DNA of 61,732 nucleotides, from contig NW_021832266.1 in NCBI RefSeq assembly GCF_006345805.1, positions 1 to 61,732 on the forward strand, written 5' to 3'. The position numbers and the translations under genes were made by a program. The DNA comes from Octopus sinensis (taxonomy: Eukaryota). A model generated the notes under the pieces. That model had not been told where the DNA came from, made no database searches, and saw only the letters and a list, made by a program, of their open reading frames with translations. Of this stretch, positions 38,353 through 52,552 are shown in pieces (the first letter of the stretch is position 1; each line of letters starts with the position of its first letter).

Positions 38353-39592
38353 TATATATATATATATATAATATATATATATCTCAGAAGCACATTCCTC
38401 TGCTAATGATTATCATCATCAATAAATCGGTTTATGTCATGATATTAAGCAGTATTTGACGATATCAATATCGTGTCTTTCTTGGTATAGAGTTTGGATA
38501 AAAGCATATTTATAACAAGCTGCAGATATCTGAGCGATTTTACGTGTTCGCTTGCTTTCTTCAATAAAAACGTCATTGCATGCTATAATCGCATATTTGA
38601 TATAAAAAAAAAACGGTGCTGTAATAGTGTAGTATGTTTGATAAGTTACGCTCCTTGTAAACATGATGTGTTCGATAATGTATAGCGTATCTGCTTTGAT
38701 ATAAAACGCAATATATTTCCTTCTGGTGAGAATAGGAGCTCTTTTATAACGACCTCGTCTCTCGGACAGCAAGCTTGACCATGAGACGTTCAAACGATTA
38801 CCCCATTTTTTTAGATATTATTTCACACTGCATTTTCTGTACTAAAAGAAGGCATTCGTGGTTAACAGATTTCCAACAGTCCTATGATGGGATCATTGTA
38901 TTTCCGATTTCTGATGATGATGATGAGAGGGTGACATCAAAATGCTTGTGCATCTTAGGTAGAACAAATGACGCAAGTGCAATTTTGTTCGGAAGCACCG
39001 GTTTACAGTTTTTCTTGCTGATTTTTTTTTGCATATTTGGCCGATGTCCATCGCGGAAAAGACGCCTCGCCATACACGTACGTGCATAAACATACGGTAA
39101 GTTTCACTCTGTTTTCGCCAAGCAAATTCCCGGCGCAGATCCAGCTGGAGGCTATACGAGAAAATACTTCCTCAGTGTATCGTGCTGTAAGAATGATGAA
39201 CTGCCAAAATGATGAACGGCAATGTCAACCTCAGCGGAATTTGAACTCAGAACGCAAAGATGGACAAAATGCTGCAAGACATTATTGTCCACCGTGCTAA
39301 CGATTCCGCCACCTTGCCGCCTTAAATAAAATAAATAATATAGATTTCAAATTTTGGCAGAAAGCCAGAAAATTTGGGCGAGGGGTAAGTCGGTTATATC
39401 GACCCCAGTACTCAAATGGCACTTATTTTATCGACCCCGAAAGAACGAAAGGCAAAGTTGACCTCGGCGAAATTTGAACTCAGAACGCAAAGACGGACGA
39501 AAGACCGCTAGGCCTTATATATCGTGTGTGCTAACAATTCTGCTAACTTGCCGTCTTAAAAAAAAAAATATATATTATATATATATATATAT

Positions 39593-39979
39593 GGCGTAGG
39601 AGTGGCCGTGTGCTAATTAGCTTGCTTACGATTCGGTCCCACTGCGAGGCACCTTGGGCAAGTGTCTTCTACTATAGCCTCGGGCCGACCAAAGCCTTGT
39701 GAATGGATTTGGTAGACGATAACTGAAAGAAACCCGTCGTATATATGTATATATATATATATATGTATGTGTGGTTATATGTTTCTGTGTCTGTGTTTGT
39801 CCCCCAACAGCCGATGGTGGTGTGTTTACGTCCCGTAATTTAGCGGTTCGGCAAAAGAGACCGATAGAAGAACTACTAGGCTTAGAAAGAATAAGTCCTG
39901 GGGTCGATTTACTCGACTAAAAGGCGGTGCTCCAGCATAGCCACAGTCAAATGACTGAAACAAGTAAAAGAGTAAAAGA

Positions 39980-39980
<1 letters not shown>
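39593..39980 (+). mobile_element. Family B SINE
   Basis: GGCGTAGGAGTGG head through AAACAAGTAAAAG tail. Confidence 0.88.
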
Positions 39981-40027
<47 letters not shown>

Positions 40028-40647
40028 CAGTGATGTACTGCGGTGGAAACGCGGCCGGGTATCGATATTAAATAAATTATACGCCTTCAAAATGTTTGAC
40101 TCCGCGGATTTCAATAAATGTTAAAGATTATTATTGACTGGAAGAAACAAACACTTTGTTGAAGCTTTAATTTATTCTGTTTTAAATATTTTTTGGTCAA
40201 TTATTATTATTGTTTTTTCTTTTGCTTTGAGAATATTCCATAAAGCATGTTTATCAGTCGTGTTGCTAATGCAATGTTTATATGTTTAAACAGTGGAAAT
40301 AATGACATTTGTTTGTGTTGATTCCATATTGTTCGGGAACAATAAAGGAAAAAACAATGCAACACTTGTTTTGCGATAGTTTGACATGTTTATTTGTAAT
40401 AAACTAAAGCCACATCAACCACCTCGTCATCTTCCGCTGCCGTTCTAAACCCAAATGGCAAGCACTTTGATACAGATACCACCAAAACTCAAGGGAAATA
40501 AGGCCGATGATTTGTAATAAAAGTGATTAGGGGTTTGGAAAATAAGAAAATAACAGCCTAAAGCGTGAATCATATTCTGTGTACCTTTCTGTGTGTGTCT
40601 GTTACTTTCTGAGAGAGAGTGTGTGTGTATGTGTGTTTGTTACTTTG

Positions 40648-40726
<79 letters not shown>

Positions 40727-40933
40727 GTCTGTCTGTCTGACTGCCTGTCTGTCTGTCTGTCTGTATGTATGTATGTATGTTTGTAAATGAATATGTACAT
40801 ATAAGCGCAGGCATGGCTGCGTTAAGAAAAGTGCTTCGGGTTCAGCACCACAGCGCATAACCTTTTATCATAGCTAGGAACCACCAATGCCTTATTATGA
40901 GTGAATCCTACGAGTATAATGATTATTATTATT

Positions 40934-41483
40934 GAGTTAGAGTGCAGTGCATGCCATCAAAGTGACACTGGGGTAAAATATACGAAGCCCAGTATATCCA
41001 TCATGACTACCCGTCTGATAAGTGTACACCAGACACTTGCATTACAACCATACGTGCGCAACATGGTGATCTCATATGAAGATAACAGCGCATGACCTTG
41101 CATGTAGGGCCTAGTTAGAACTTTCTTCTGGTCGAGTAGCCCATCCCGCTCAAAAAGTCCCTGAATAAGGATTGTTTAAGGATGTTGAACGAACCACCCA
41201 TGTTTCCAAAGGTGAATTATCTAAATCTCTAAGAATTCCTTTCAAGACACGGCTATGATGCTCCTCCACATCTACTCATGATCAGATATGTACATATCGT
41301 CAGCCACTGAGGGACATGCTCAACTGGTTAAGGTCAAACAACTGACAAGCAAATCTGTGGTATTGAGCAGAATATTTGCTGTAGCCCATCTTTTATACCA
41401 AGACAAAACAATGTACATAATAACACTTCCAATCAGTTCAGATCAGAAGCCACGAGAGCCACTGCTTGGTACTGCATCAAGTC

Positions 41484-41487
<4 letters not shown>
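40934..41487. mobile_element. About 555-bp interspersed element embedded in (TTA)n (copy 1)
   Basis: Co-terminal homology with 53191-53747; TTA repeats on both sides. Confidence 0.85.
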
Positions 41488-41572
<85 letters not shown>

Positions 41573-41657
41573 TTATTACTATTATTTTTATTATCATTAT
41601 TATTATTATTATTATTATTATATTATTATTATATTATTATTATATTATTATTATTAC

Positions 41658-41728
<71 letters not shown>

Positions 41729-42052
41729 TATTATTATTCAAGACGGCAAGCTGGCAGAATCATTAGCGTGCTGGACAAAATGCTTAGCAGCATTTCATCC
41801 ATTTATATCTTTTGAGTTCAAGTTCCGCTGAGGTCGACTTTTCGGGGTCGAAATGTTAAGTACCAGTGAAACACTGGGTTCAGTGTAATCGACTAATCCC
41901 CACCCCACAGAAATTCGAGGCCTTGTGCCTCCAGTAGAAAGGATCAACTTATTTATTTGTTAAATGCAAAGTGTTGCTGCAGTTCGAAATATACAATGTG
42001 CGTGATCGTGGTGAGTGACTTTTGATTGATGTGAATTTGTGTGGATATGTGA

Positions 42053-42378
42053 AGGCGCATGGCTTAGTGGTTAGAGCGTAGAGTTTGCGATCGAGAGGTT
42101 GTGAGTGCGATTCTCGGACCGGGCTGTGTGTTGTGTTCTTGAGCAAGACGCTTTATTTCACGTTGCTCCAGTTCACTCAGCTGTAAAAATGAGTTGCGAC
42201 GTCACTGGTGCCAAGCTGTATCGGCCCCTTTGCCTTTCCCTTGGATAACATCAGTGGTGTGGAGTTAGGAATCTCCTATGCATGGGCGACTGCTAGCCTT
42301 CCGCAAACAATCTTGCCCTGACTTGTGCCTCTGAGGGTAACTTTCTAGGTGCAATCCCATGGTCATTCATGACCGAAG
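42053..42378 (+). mobile_element. Family D SINE, full length
   Basis: tRNA-like head and central domain; reverse-strand homologue at 57908-58260. Confidence 0.85.
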
Positions 42379-43388
42379 GGGTCTCCTCCTGTGTGTATAT
42401 GTACACATACACACACACACCAACACATTGGTATTGTTATATAATATTTTATCTTCCATCGAAAATGGAAGAACTATTAGTTCTACTTCCATAATGGTTC
42501 AGCGTTTGTGTGATTTATGTTTTAATATTACTGAAATTAGAACGATTATTTTGTTTTTGAGTTTTTCTTATTTTCTTTTTCTATTTTGGTTTTGTTTTGG
42601 AGCGGGTGGAGTAAATTTTTTTTAACAATTAATTTATAATAAACTGTTTTGTAGTTTCTGCCGAACACTGTCCGTTTTGAAATCGATTTAATATATTAAT
42701 TATGATTTCAAAAATCGATTTTATTGACATTTGAAACTCTATTGTTCTATTCTGAAAGTGTTTAAAAAAAATATTTGAAAAATAATTCGATGGAAATGAA
42801 AATTCCGAGAAAAATATTTTCGGTACCTGAACACTTGAATAGATTTAATTATCGCGGGAGAATTCGCAGGGCTGAAAGTTGACCTTCTAGAAATAGCAAC
42901 TAAATCTCCCTCACTTTACAATCCTTACTGGTACTCCGTCAGTTACGATGACGAGGCTTCCAGTTGATTCGATCAACACACACACACACACACACGCACA
43001 CACACATACACACACACACACACATACACACACACACATACACACACACATACACACACACATACATATATATTTATGTATATACATATATCAAAACAGG
43101 AGATCGAAAATATTTTTGGTATTTATACACCATCACACACGTTCCATTTACTAATAGGAGTTACAAAATTGTACATGTAGTAGAAAGATGTAAGATATCT
43201 CCTATTAAGAATTCTTCAAGCAGAGAACAACAATAATACATTAGCAATTATGTATTACCCTCTTGTGATATATAATTACTCTGCACAAAATATTTCCCAG
43301 AATTTTTTATTCTTATGCATTCCTCAAAGAACTATAACATATACATGCGGAATACTGGAATAAGCAGATGCGCTTCAAGAGGAATACC

Positions 43389-43476
<88 letters not shown>

Positions 43477-43507
43477 ATATTTATCTATTTATCTATCTAT
43501 CTATCTA

Positions 43508-43544
<37 letters not shown>

Positions 43545-43860
43545 ATCTCTATCTATGTATGCATTCATACGATGGGCTTCTTTCAATATCCGTCTACCAA
43601 TCTAAACTTACAAGGCTCTTGTAGGTCCGAGGTTAGCAGACGACACTTGCCCAACTTGCCACGCAGTAGGATTGAACCCAGAATCGTGTAGTTGGGAAGC
43701 AAACATTTTACCAGACAAGCACATCTTAAGAATAGTGGAAAGATTGTTCAAAACCCTATATCGACCATCAGGTTGTTAATGCTGTCATCTTATTAAATGT
43801 TTCTGTCATAGAACGACATATTCAAATAGTAAAACAAGATGTAATATTCATCTCCACTAA

Positions 43861-44464
43861 GGCGGCGAGCTGGCAGAAACGTTTGCACACCGGGCGAAAT
43901 GCCTAGCGGTATTTCGTCTGCCGCTACGTTCTCAGCTCAAATTCCGCCAAGGTCGACTTTGCCTTTCATCCTTTCGGGGTCGATTAAATAGGTACCAGTT
44001 ACGTACTGGGGTCAATATAATCGACATAATCTGTTTGTCTGTCTTTGTTTGTCTCCTCTCTGTTTAGTCCCTTGTGGGCAATAAAGAAATAAGAAACGTT
44101 AGCACGCCGGGTGGAATGCTTAACGGTATTTCGTCTGCCGCTACGTTCTCAGCTCAAATTCCGCCGAGGTCAACTTTGCCTTTCATCCTTTCGGGGTCGA
44201 TTAAATAGGTACCAATTACGTACTGTGGTCGATATAATCGACTTCATCCATTTATTTGTCTGTCCTTGTTTGTCCCCACTGCGTTTAGTCCTCTGTGGGC
44301 AATAAAGAAATAAATATTTATCCTCACTAATTCCGCCGAGGTCGACTTTGCCTTTCATCCTTTCGGTATCGATAAATTAAGTACCAGTTGCGTACTGAGG
44401 TCTATCTGATCGACTGGCTCCCTTCCAAAAAATTTCCGGCTTTGTGCCTAGAGTAGAAAAGAAT
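43861..44464 (+). mobile_element. Family A SINE multimer (two units plus a fragment with the alternative tail)
   Basis: AAAGAAATAAG|AAACGTTAGC junction at about 44085-44100. Confidence 0.88.
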
Positions 44465-44631
44465 ATTTATCCCCAATTAAACGTGAATGTTCTGCAAGAA
44501 CAAACTATACCGTGATGGATACCATGAGAGGGACTCTCATTTTGGATATAGAAGCAGAGTACATTGGAACAGAACTTCCACGTTGAAGTGGAGATAAATA
44601 TTACTTCTCGGTATTGATATTGCCTCTGTTG

Positions 44632-44988
44632 TGGCATCTTGGGCAAGTGTCTTCTGCTATAGCCCCGGGCCGACCAATGCCTTGTGAGTGGATTTGGTAG
44701 ACGGAAACTGAAAGAAGCCTGTCGTATATATGTATATATATGTATATATATATAAGTGTGTGTGTATATGTTTGTGTGTCTGTGTTTGTCCCCCTAGCAT
44801 TGCTTGACAACCGATGCTGGTGTGTTTACGTTCCCGTCACTTAGCGGTTCGGCAAAAGAGACCGATAGAATAAGTACTGGGCTTACAAAGAATAAGTCCC
44901 GGGGTTGATTTGCTCGACTAAAGGCGGTGCTCCAGCATGGCCGCAGTCAAATGACTGAAACTAGTAAAAGAGAAAAGAGAAAAGAGAA
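44632..44988 (+). mobile_element. Family B SINE, 5'-truncated
   Basis: Starts at GTGGCATCTTGGGCAAGTG; the 3' end is complete. Confidence 0.88.
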
Positions 44989-45259
44989 AGATATATATAT
45001 ATATATATATTGTAAAACAAGATGTCGCTGAATAATTTAGTTATCTTTTAAGAATAACTTTACTGATAGAAATAAGCCTCGCTTTCAATTACCACTCCTC
45101 CTCAGAATTGCTTGTCGTTTTGTTTAATTCTTTTTACCAAACACTTTAGCTCCAGGCTTTCCAGGTGGATCACTTTTTCTATATGTCTTTATATATGTTT
45201 AAATGCATATTTTCCTGGCAGTAAATCCCTTGCATATGCACACGCACACCCCCCACACG

Positions 45260-45348
<89 letters not shown>

Positions 45349-45686
45349 TCGATCACTTAATCAATATCTCTCTCTCATCTTCTCTTTCTCTATCTGTCTC
45401 TCCCTCTCTTTATATAATTCATACATATCGATATCTCTTCCCCCACCTCTCTCTCTCAGTATATATACGTATACGTATATATATATATATGTATATGTGC
45501 ATATATATTTATATATATACATATACATATACATATACATATATATATACATATATATATTGGGTGGGAGCGTGTGAGTGAGTGAGTGTGTTGTGTGTAT
45601 ACATACGCCCACATATATGTGAGTGAGTGTACTTTTGTGTGTGTGTGTATGTGCGTGTATGTGCATGTGTGCACGCGCCCGTGTGT

Positions 45687-45767
<81 letters not shown>

Positions 45768-46044
45768 AAACTTCAGTGAAATGATAAAAGCTAACGGTTT
45801 TTGAGTGTAATCCATCTACACAAATTTAAATTTTCACTATGCCTGCAAGCAAACGGTTTCTTCACTCTTTAGAAAGACAAGGATTAAATATAATGAGAAA
45901 ACTGCTTAATAAAAACCCACTAACAATATATAAAAGCATGCGACTTAAATTCCTGAGAATGGCATTTAAAAAACGTTGCAAGACGTCATAATATTTTCCT
46001 TCTTAGAGTTAAGTTATCATCAATTTATAGAAAGAAAAAAAAAC

Positions 46045-46080
<36 letters not shown>

Positions 46081-46745
46081 AAGGAAAAAGCTCCCAGAAA
46101 TCCCTTCGTGCGCGCAGCCATTCGTTAAGTACCGAGAGACGAGTTAAAACTGTTTGACAGCGAGAAGAAATATTCTTGTCTACTCGTTGGGTTTCACACT
46201 TTCGCGAAGTATGTGGAATTATTACCCGTAATAATTTCTCAATTATGTAGCTGCTGCTGAAGAAGAAGAAAAAGAAAAGAAAAAAGAAGAAGGGGGAGAG
46301 GAGGAAAGTAAGAAAACGAAGAAGAAAGAGAAGAAGAAGGATAATAATAATAATAGTAATAATGATAATAAGATGATGATGATGATGACGATGATGATGA
46401 AAAAAAAAGGTTTTTTTTTCTTTCTGACTTTTCTTCGATCGTATATTTTATCCAACAACGTAACAGCTTTATTACTTAAACGCTTTTACACTAACAGTAC
46501 AGAGACTACTAATGGTATATATTTCAACCTCCGAACGCCTATAAAGAGACTATAAAATAAACAGTTTTTATGTCCCCACTCCCGCTCACCCATCACTAAT
46601 TCGTATTTAAAATATCTCCTCTTTCATTAGTATTTCGATAACTCATTGGCAAAACCCAACCGAACTCTGGACTAAATGCTTTTCAGTATTTGTTTTTTTG
46701 AAGTATTCAATATTCAGTTTTTCAACATTTCTAAGTCCTGCGTTC

Positions 46746-47176
46746 GGATCTTTTCGGTTTGAACGGCAGTTTTAAACATAATTTCTAGGTAACTAAAAAA
46801 TTTAAAACTTCGTATACTGGTAGAATGTGTTTATAAAACATCTTTTTCTCTTGGCTTTATTGAGAAAATTCCATAGTTTGTAAGATATTTGTTGTTGTTT
46901 TTCTTCAATTTCTGCAATTTCAACCAATCACTGACGTCTATTGAGGTAAAAAAAAACATTCTGTGCCGTATGAATATGTCCCTCGTTTAAGAAACAGATT
47001 GGGTTTATTTACATTTGTGAAGAAAAAAAAGATACCCTTCCCCCACCCCTAACCCTAACTAACCCTAACCCTAAAACAAATTGAAATGCAATAGATCGAT
47101 ACTAGGGTTATAATTATGGGTGACAATTTCATATGACACCGCTAGAAAAAAAATGCCGTTCAAACCGAAAAGATCC
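46746..47176. mobile_element. 431-bp TIR MITE with 8-bp TSD (Merlin- or hAT-like), copy 1
   Basis: TIR GGATCTTTTCGGTTTGAACGGCA; TSD CTGCGTTC/CCGCGTTC; internal CCCTAA repeats. Confidence 0.9.
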
Positions 47177-47530
47177 CCGCGTTCCATTTCCGCAACCGAA
47201 CCGTTATCATTCAATCCCGTTTGAGTGGGTTACATTTACTTAACAACAATAATATTGTCGATGTAGTCTGCTATATTTTTTTATATTTTCTCGCAGATTT
47301 TGGCTTTGTTCCTAAGGATGTCAAGTTATAGCGTTTTTGAATAACAGAAGATAAAATCTCTAACAATAGTGACTACAAGGCGGGTTTCATTCAGAGTTTA
47401 AATCGTTTCATTTTCAGTTACACCCTTGAAGCTATTTGAAGAAGTACATAAGTCCCGCGATAAGTCTATTCCCATCTCTTAAAACAGGGATCTTCAGAAT
47501 TCAGAAAAAAAGAAACCATTCTAGGACGAG

Positions 47531-47960
47531 GGATCTTTTCGGTTTGAACGGCAGTTTTTTCTAGCGGTGTAATATGAAATTGTCACCCATAATTATGATC
47601 CTAGTATCGAGCTATTGCATTTCAATCTGTTTTAGGGTTAGGGTTAGTTAGGGTTAGGCGTGGGGGGAAGGGTATCTTTTTTTCTTCAGAAATGTAAATA
47701 AACTCAATCTGTTTCTTAAACGTGGGACATATTCATACGGCACAGAATGTTTTCACCTCAATAGACGTCAGCGATTGGTTGAAATTGCAGAAATTGAAGA
47801 AAAAAAACCCAACAAATATGTTACAAACTATAGAATTTTCTCAATAAAGCCAAGAGAAAAAGATGTTTTATAAACACATTCTACCAGTATACGAAGTTTC
47901 AAAGTGTTTAGTTACGTGGAAATTATTAAAAAAAAACTGGCGTTCAAACCGAAAAGATCC
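47531..47960. mobile_element. 430-bp TIR MITE, copy 2, opposite orientation
   Basis: Same TIR; TSD AGGACGAG/AGGACGTG; reverse complement of copy 1. Confidence 0.9.
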
Positions 47961-48495
47961 AGGACGTGTATTGCATTACATTCAATCCGAGTCATCGATG
48001 CAGCTGCATTATGTCCACCTTGGATACAACCTTTTTAAGTGACGTTGCTATTTCTTTTCAGACATCCGTGAATTTTACCACTTTTCTTCGCCACCCGTAG
48101 CTTAGTGGTTTGGCAACAGATATCGATAGAATAAGTACAAGACTTAAAAATAAGTACTGGGGTTGGTTTCGTTGACTAAGCCCTTTCAAGGTAGTGCCCC
48201 AGCATGGCCGCAGACCAATGACCGAAATAAAGGATAAAATAATAGAATATAAATCTCACATTGTATTAATCTTGGAGTATCCAGCTTCGCTCCGAATGAC
48301 GTCGTTAGAATTTAAGACACGTGTTTCTTCACGGTTACGCTTCGTTTATTACGGACGCTAGAGTAGCTCGATGTTTTCCACAAATAGTCTGTTAGAAGAC
48401 TATCTTTCAGACAAACATTGCAAGGAACGCCTCTTTTATTTTATTTTATTATTTATTTTTTTTTCATTAACTTCTTTTTCTGCCTCTGCTAAAGC

Positions 48496-48709
48496 TCTTT
48501 TACTCTTTTATCTGTTTCAGTCATTTGACTGTGGCCATGCTGGAGCACCGCCTTTAGTCGAGCAAATCGACCCCAGGACTTATTCTTTGTAAGCCTAGTA
48601 CTTATTCTATCGGTCTCTTTGGTCGAACTGCTAAGTTACGGGGACGTAAACACACCAGCATCGGTTGTCAAGCGATATTGGTGGGACAAACACAGACACA
48701 CAAACATAT

Positions 48710-48752
<43 letters not shown>

Positions 48753-48916
48753 TGCGACGGGCTTCTTTCAGTTTCCGTCTACCAAATCCACTCACAAGGC
48801 TTTGGTCGGCCCGAGGTTACAGTAGAAGGCACTTGCCCAAGGTGCCACGCAGTGGGACTGAACCCGGAACCATGTGGTTGGTAAGCAAGCTACTTACCAC
48901 ACAGCCGCTCCTACGC
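48496..48916 (-). mobile_element. Family B SINE, full length
   Basis: Same structure as the other family B copies. Confidence 0.9.
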
Positions 48917-49467
48917 TATAAGACATTTGCTTCTAGGTGTCGCGAAAAATGGCTTACGGTACTTCTTCAAGATCTGAATTCAATTTCACCCGAGTTCACC
49001 TGTGTATTTTATCCTCTCGCAGTCAATAACATAATTACCAGTCAAATGCCAGAGTCAATGACACCAACTAACCTTCTATTCGAAAATTCCTGGCCTTGTA
49101 CCTAAGTCAAAAACAATTACTTGACAGCATTCTAAACACAGACTTACTCCACGCAATGTAACCTTATCTCTCCAAAACACTTCTTGTCACACCACAACTC
49201 CACCGAATACTCCTTCATAGAATCGTACACTATAATTTATATCACACGCTTCTTGTAAGTAATTCTATCTATGCCATCAGGCTTTTACGAAGCTGGAGGA
49301 TATTTTGACTAAGCGTCTGATTCTTCGCTAAATAAAGTGAGGATAATTAGAATACATAAAGACTATCAATCTCACCATACTCACTTGGCTTAGACGTTAA
49401 CTGACTCTCTTCCTCATTCCCCCCACCACGCACAAACTGTTGTCTACCTGTCTGTCCGCCCATTAGT

Positions 49468-49548
<81 letters not shown>

Positions 49549-49658
49549 AGTCTGTCTGTTTTCCTACCTATCTGTCTGACTGTCTGTCTGTCTGTCTGCG
49601 AGTGTGCATATGTATGTACATATATCTTTTCTTCTTCTTATCATCATCATCATCATCA

Positions 49659-49723
<65 letters not shown>

Positions 49724-51317
49724 TATTATTATTATTATTATATTATTATTATTATTATTTTATTATTATTATTATTATTATTATTATATTATTATTATTA
49801 TTTTAATTTTTATTTGTTTCAGTCATTAGCTTGCTGCCATGCTGGGGTGTCGCCCTGAAGAACTTTTGGCCGGATGAATCACTTACATTACATTTTTTAA
49901 AGCATTGAACTTATTCTATCAGTGTCCCTTGCACATGACGGGTTTCATTCAGTTTCCGTCAACCAAATCCACTCACAAGGCTTTGGTTGGCCCGAGGCTA
50001 TAGTAGAAGACACTTGTCCAAGGTGCCAAACAGTGGGACTGAACCTGGAACTAAATGGTTGGGAAGCAAGCTTCTTACCGCACAGCTAGACCGGCGCCTG
50101 GACAGGCATATATATGTATTTATATGTGTGTATGTGTGTGTGTTTGTGTGTGCGCGTATGTGTTTGTGTCTTGTGCGTGCGTATGTGTATGTGTATATTT
50201 GGTTTTACTACGCATCCACATCACTAACTAATAATGGACAAACGCCATTTTCTTCTTCCATTTATTTCTCCATGTATATTTTAAAAATTAGTCTGTATAA
50301 ACGAAATGACTGAGGTTGTCGTCTGGTGTCTGTTGGTCACTTGATCTGTCGTCTGCTAAATTTGTTCCATAAAGCAATTGTCTCCCCTTCACTTCCCTCT
50401 CTCTCTCTGTCTTGTCACCCCTATCTTACGATATGCGAAAGTTTCAGATGTTTTGAAACGTTCACTCATCGTACAATAAAAAAAAAAATCAAGGGCGGAT
50501 CATTTACCTCCTAGTCTGGTGGAAATTCAATAATGCTGACAACGATATAAACTATATTCAGAAAACATTATCTTGCTTTAGTTTTTATTCTCTCAGAACA
50601 TCAAACATTTATAACTTAAACCGCTCGAGAATCGTGTTTTATTGCTACCAAAAAATTTTATGGATGTAAAACGTAGTGAAAATTCTACTTTTGTATGTAA
50701 ATTACAAAATTCAGAGTTTGAGATTACCAAATAAACTTAACTTCCTATAAGCTCTTCTCAGTTTCAAAACAAAAAAAGAGAAAACCTCTTTATAGTTCTA
50801 GTTTTATGAAAATTCAGTCAAGATTGTGTATTATACAATTATAACCTGCTGGTAACGCGAGTTCATTTGCAAATTATTTAAACATAATTTATACATCATC
50901 ATGGAAACTATTCTCAGACATAAGAAAAATTGAAGTGCATAGATTTACTAAGAGAAAATCAGATCGAACAGGTTACCTTATGAATGTAGCAGGGAAAAAA
51001 GCATATAGATTTAATAAAATACATTTAATTTCACATTCTTAAGGAGAGGGATAGGCCTGATGACTGCTAACAATTACATGGATGTTACAACGAACATTTG
51101 TGTGTTTGAGTCTTAGCATAGCGTGTCCCATGACAACGAATTCAAAAACTTATCTTTAATCTCTTTGTTTTCTAACAACAACAAAAGTTTATTCATTTCA
51201 GACGATTGCAGATCGTACTTTATTGCTGATAAAAATTGATAATTGATTTGTTTTATCAATGTAAACATAGATAAAAACCCATTTTTGAATACACATCACT
51301 GAACTAATATTCATCAG

Positions 51318-51627
51318 AAGAATAGCATGAATATTAGGGCGAGCGTTTGTGAATTCGAAGCTGAGCACAGCACATTCATCAATGCAGAATCTGTTTGTTT
51401 GTTTACTTAATGGAGCATCAATATGGCTAAATCCACTTTCGATCATATTGGAACTTTGAAATGCAAGTAAAAACATGTCGGCGACTGCCCTAAGATTTTG
51501 ATGTTTTATTGAAGCGTTTCTATTGCTTCAGAAAAAAGAAATCGCTAAAGACTTTATATTTGAACAATGTCTTTGCCTCGAGAGCTACGTTAATTTCAAT
51601 CAATTTCTTTTATATGTCATCATCTAT
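51318..51627 (-). mobile_element. hAT (Charlie/Buster-type) transposase C-terminal dimerisation-domain relic
   Basis: IDDDI*KKLIEINVALEAKTLFKYK.../NLRAVADMFLLAFQSSNMIESGFSHIDAPLSKQTNR...NARPNIHAIL matches the hAT hallmark LL.F.SSY..ESGFS.....SK.RNRL. Confidence 0.8.
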
Positions 51628-51931
51628 GAATTTTATATGTCACCGCCCAACAATGCGAAGAAGTGCACAGTGATCAGCGGTGTATAGCAACATCCGATAG
51701 CCAGGTCGATACAGTGATTATAACTATAGACTATACGAAATGCATTCCTCTGCTTCATGCTCCAATTATAAAAAGCTCGAGGAAATATTTAAAAATTACT
51801 GCGATGTCAAACAAAAGAAATAAGCCAGTCTTTTTCTTTTATCCTTTAATGGTTTTAGCCAATAGACAGAGAACATGCTGGGGTACCGTCTTATCTGTTA
51901 TGTGCATGCGCATCAAGATATTCCCCTAAAG

Positions 51932-51986
<55 letters not shown>

Positions 51987-51995
51987 ATATCCTGT

Positions 51996-52357
51996 AGTAT
52001 ATTTGCCACTTAAATGTGGTTAACCCTTAAGGGTGGATGCTACTGTAGCTTGTAGCCCCAGGAGGACATCTTCTCCAGCTGGCTATTGACACACTTTCTG
52101 TGCTCTATGAGTATTTGCAAAGGGAAGTTATCCTTCCCAACTTCAGTCTGACATGATATACACGGACTGGAGTTTCTGGGTATTGACCCGTGTGTATGAT
52201 GTCAGATTGAAGTTGAGAAGGATAGCTTCTATTTGCAAATACTCATAGAGCACAGAAAGTGTGTCAATAGCCAGCTGGAGAAGATGCCCTCCTGGGGCTA
52301 CAAGCTACAGTAGCATCCACCCTTAAGGGTTAGCCACATTTAAGTGGTAAATATACT
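51996..52357. repeat. 362-bp fold-back element: 170-bp arms, 22-nt loop (52166-52187)
   Basis: Near-perfect reverse-complement arms; the few mismatches are mostly transitions and cluster near the loop. Confidence 0.95.
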
Positions 52358-52420
52358 TCACGATGTCGTGTAGCTACTGTTTACACCTTTATACCTCGCT
52401 CAGAGATTATATATATATAT

Positions 52421-52552
52421 ACAGGGCAATTGAAAAGTAACTCCCTATGGTACCTGTCTACGCTGCAAGACAAGATGTGGCCAGTTGTCAGTGCTTGGGA
52501 GAATAGTGAAGATTTGAATTTCATGCCAAATTGTGCACCTCCACGTTTTGCT
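52421..52552 (+). mobile_element. Tc1/mariner transposase fragment
   Basis: A TA-CAGGG terminus followed by YLSTLQDKMWPVVSAWENSEDLNFMPNCAPPRFA, resembling the F.QDGAPPH.A catalytic motif. Confidence 0.7.

Noticed and set aside
47041-47075. Interstitial telomeric repeat as a chromosome-fusion scar
   Set aside because: Only a few CCCTAA units, and they are an internal part of the MITE in both copies.
47277-47522. + strand acceptor between the inverted MITEs (circRNA-like geometry)
   Set aside because: No convincing donor before the second MITE, and the inferred host gene is on the minus strand.
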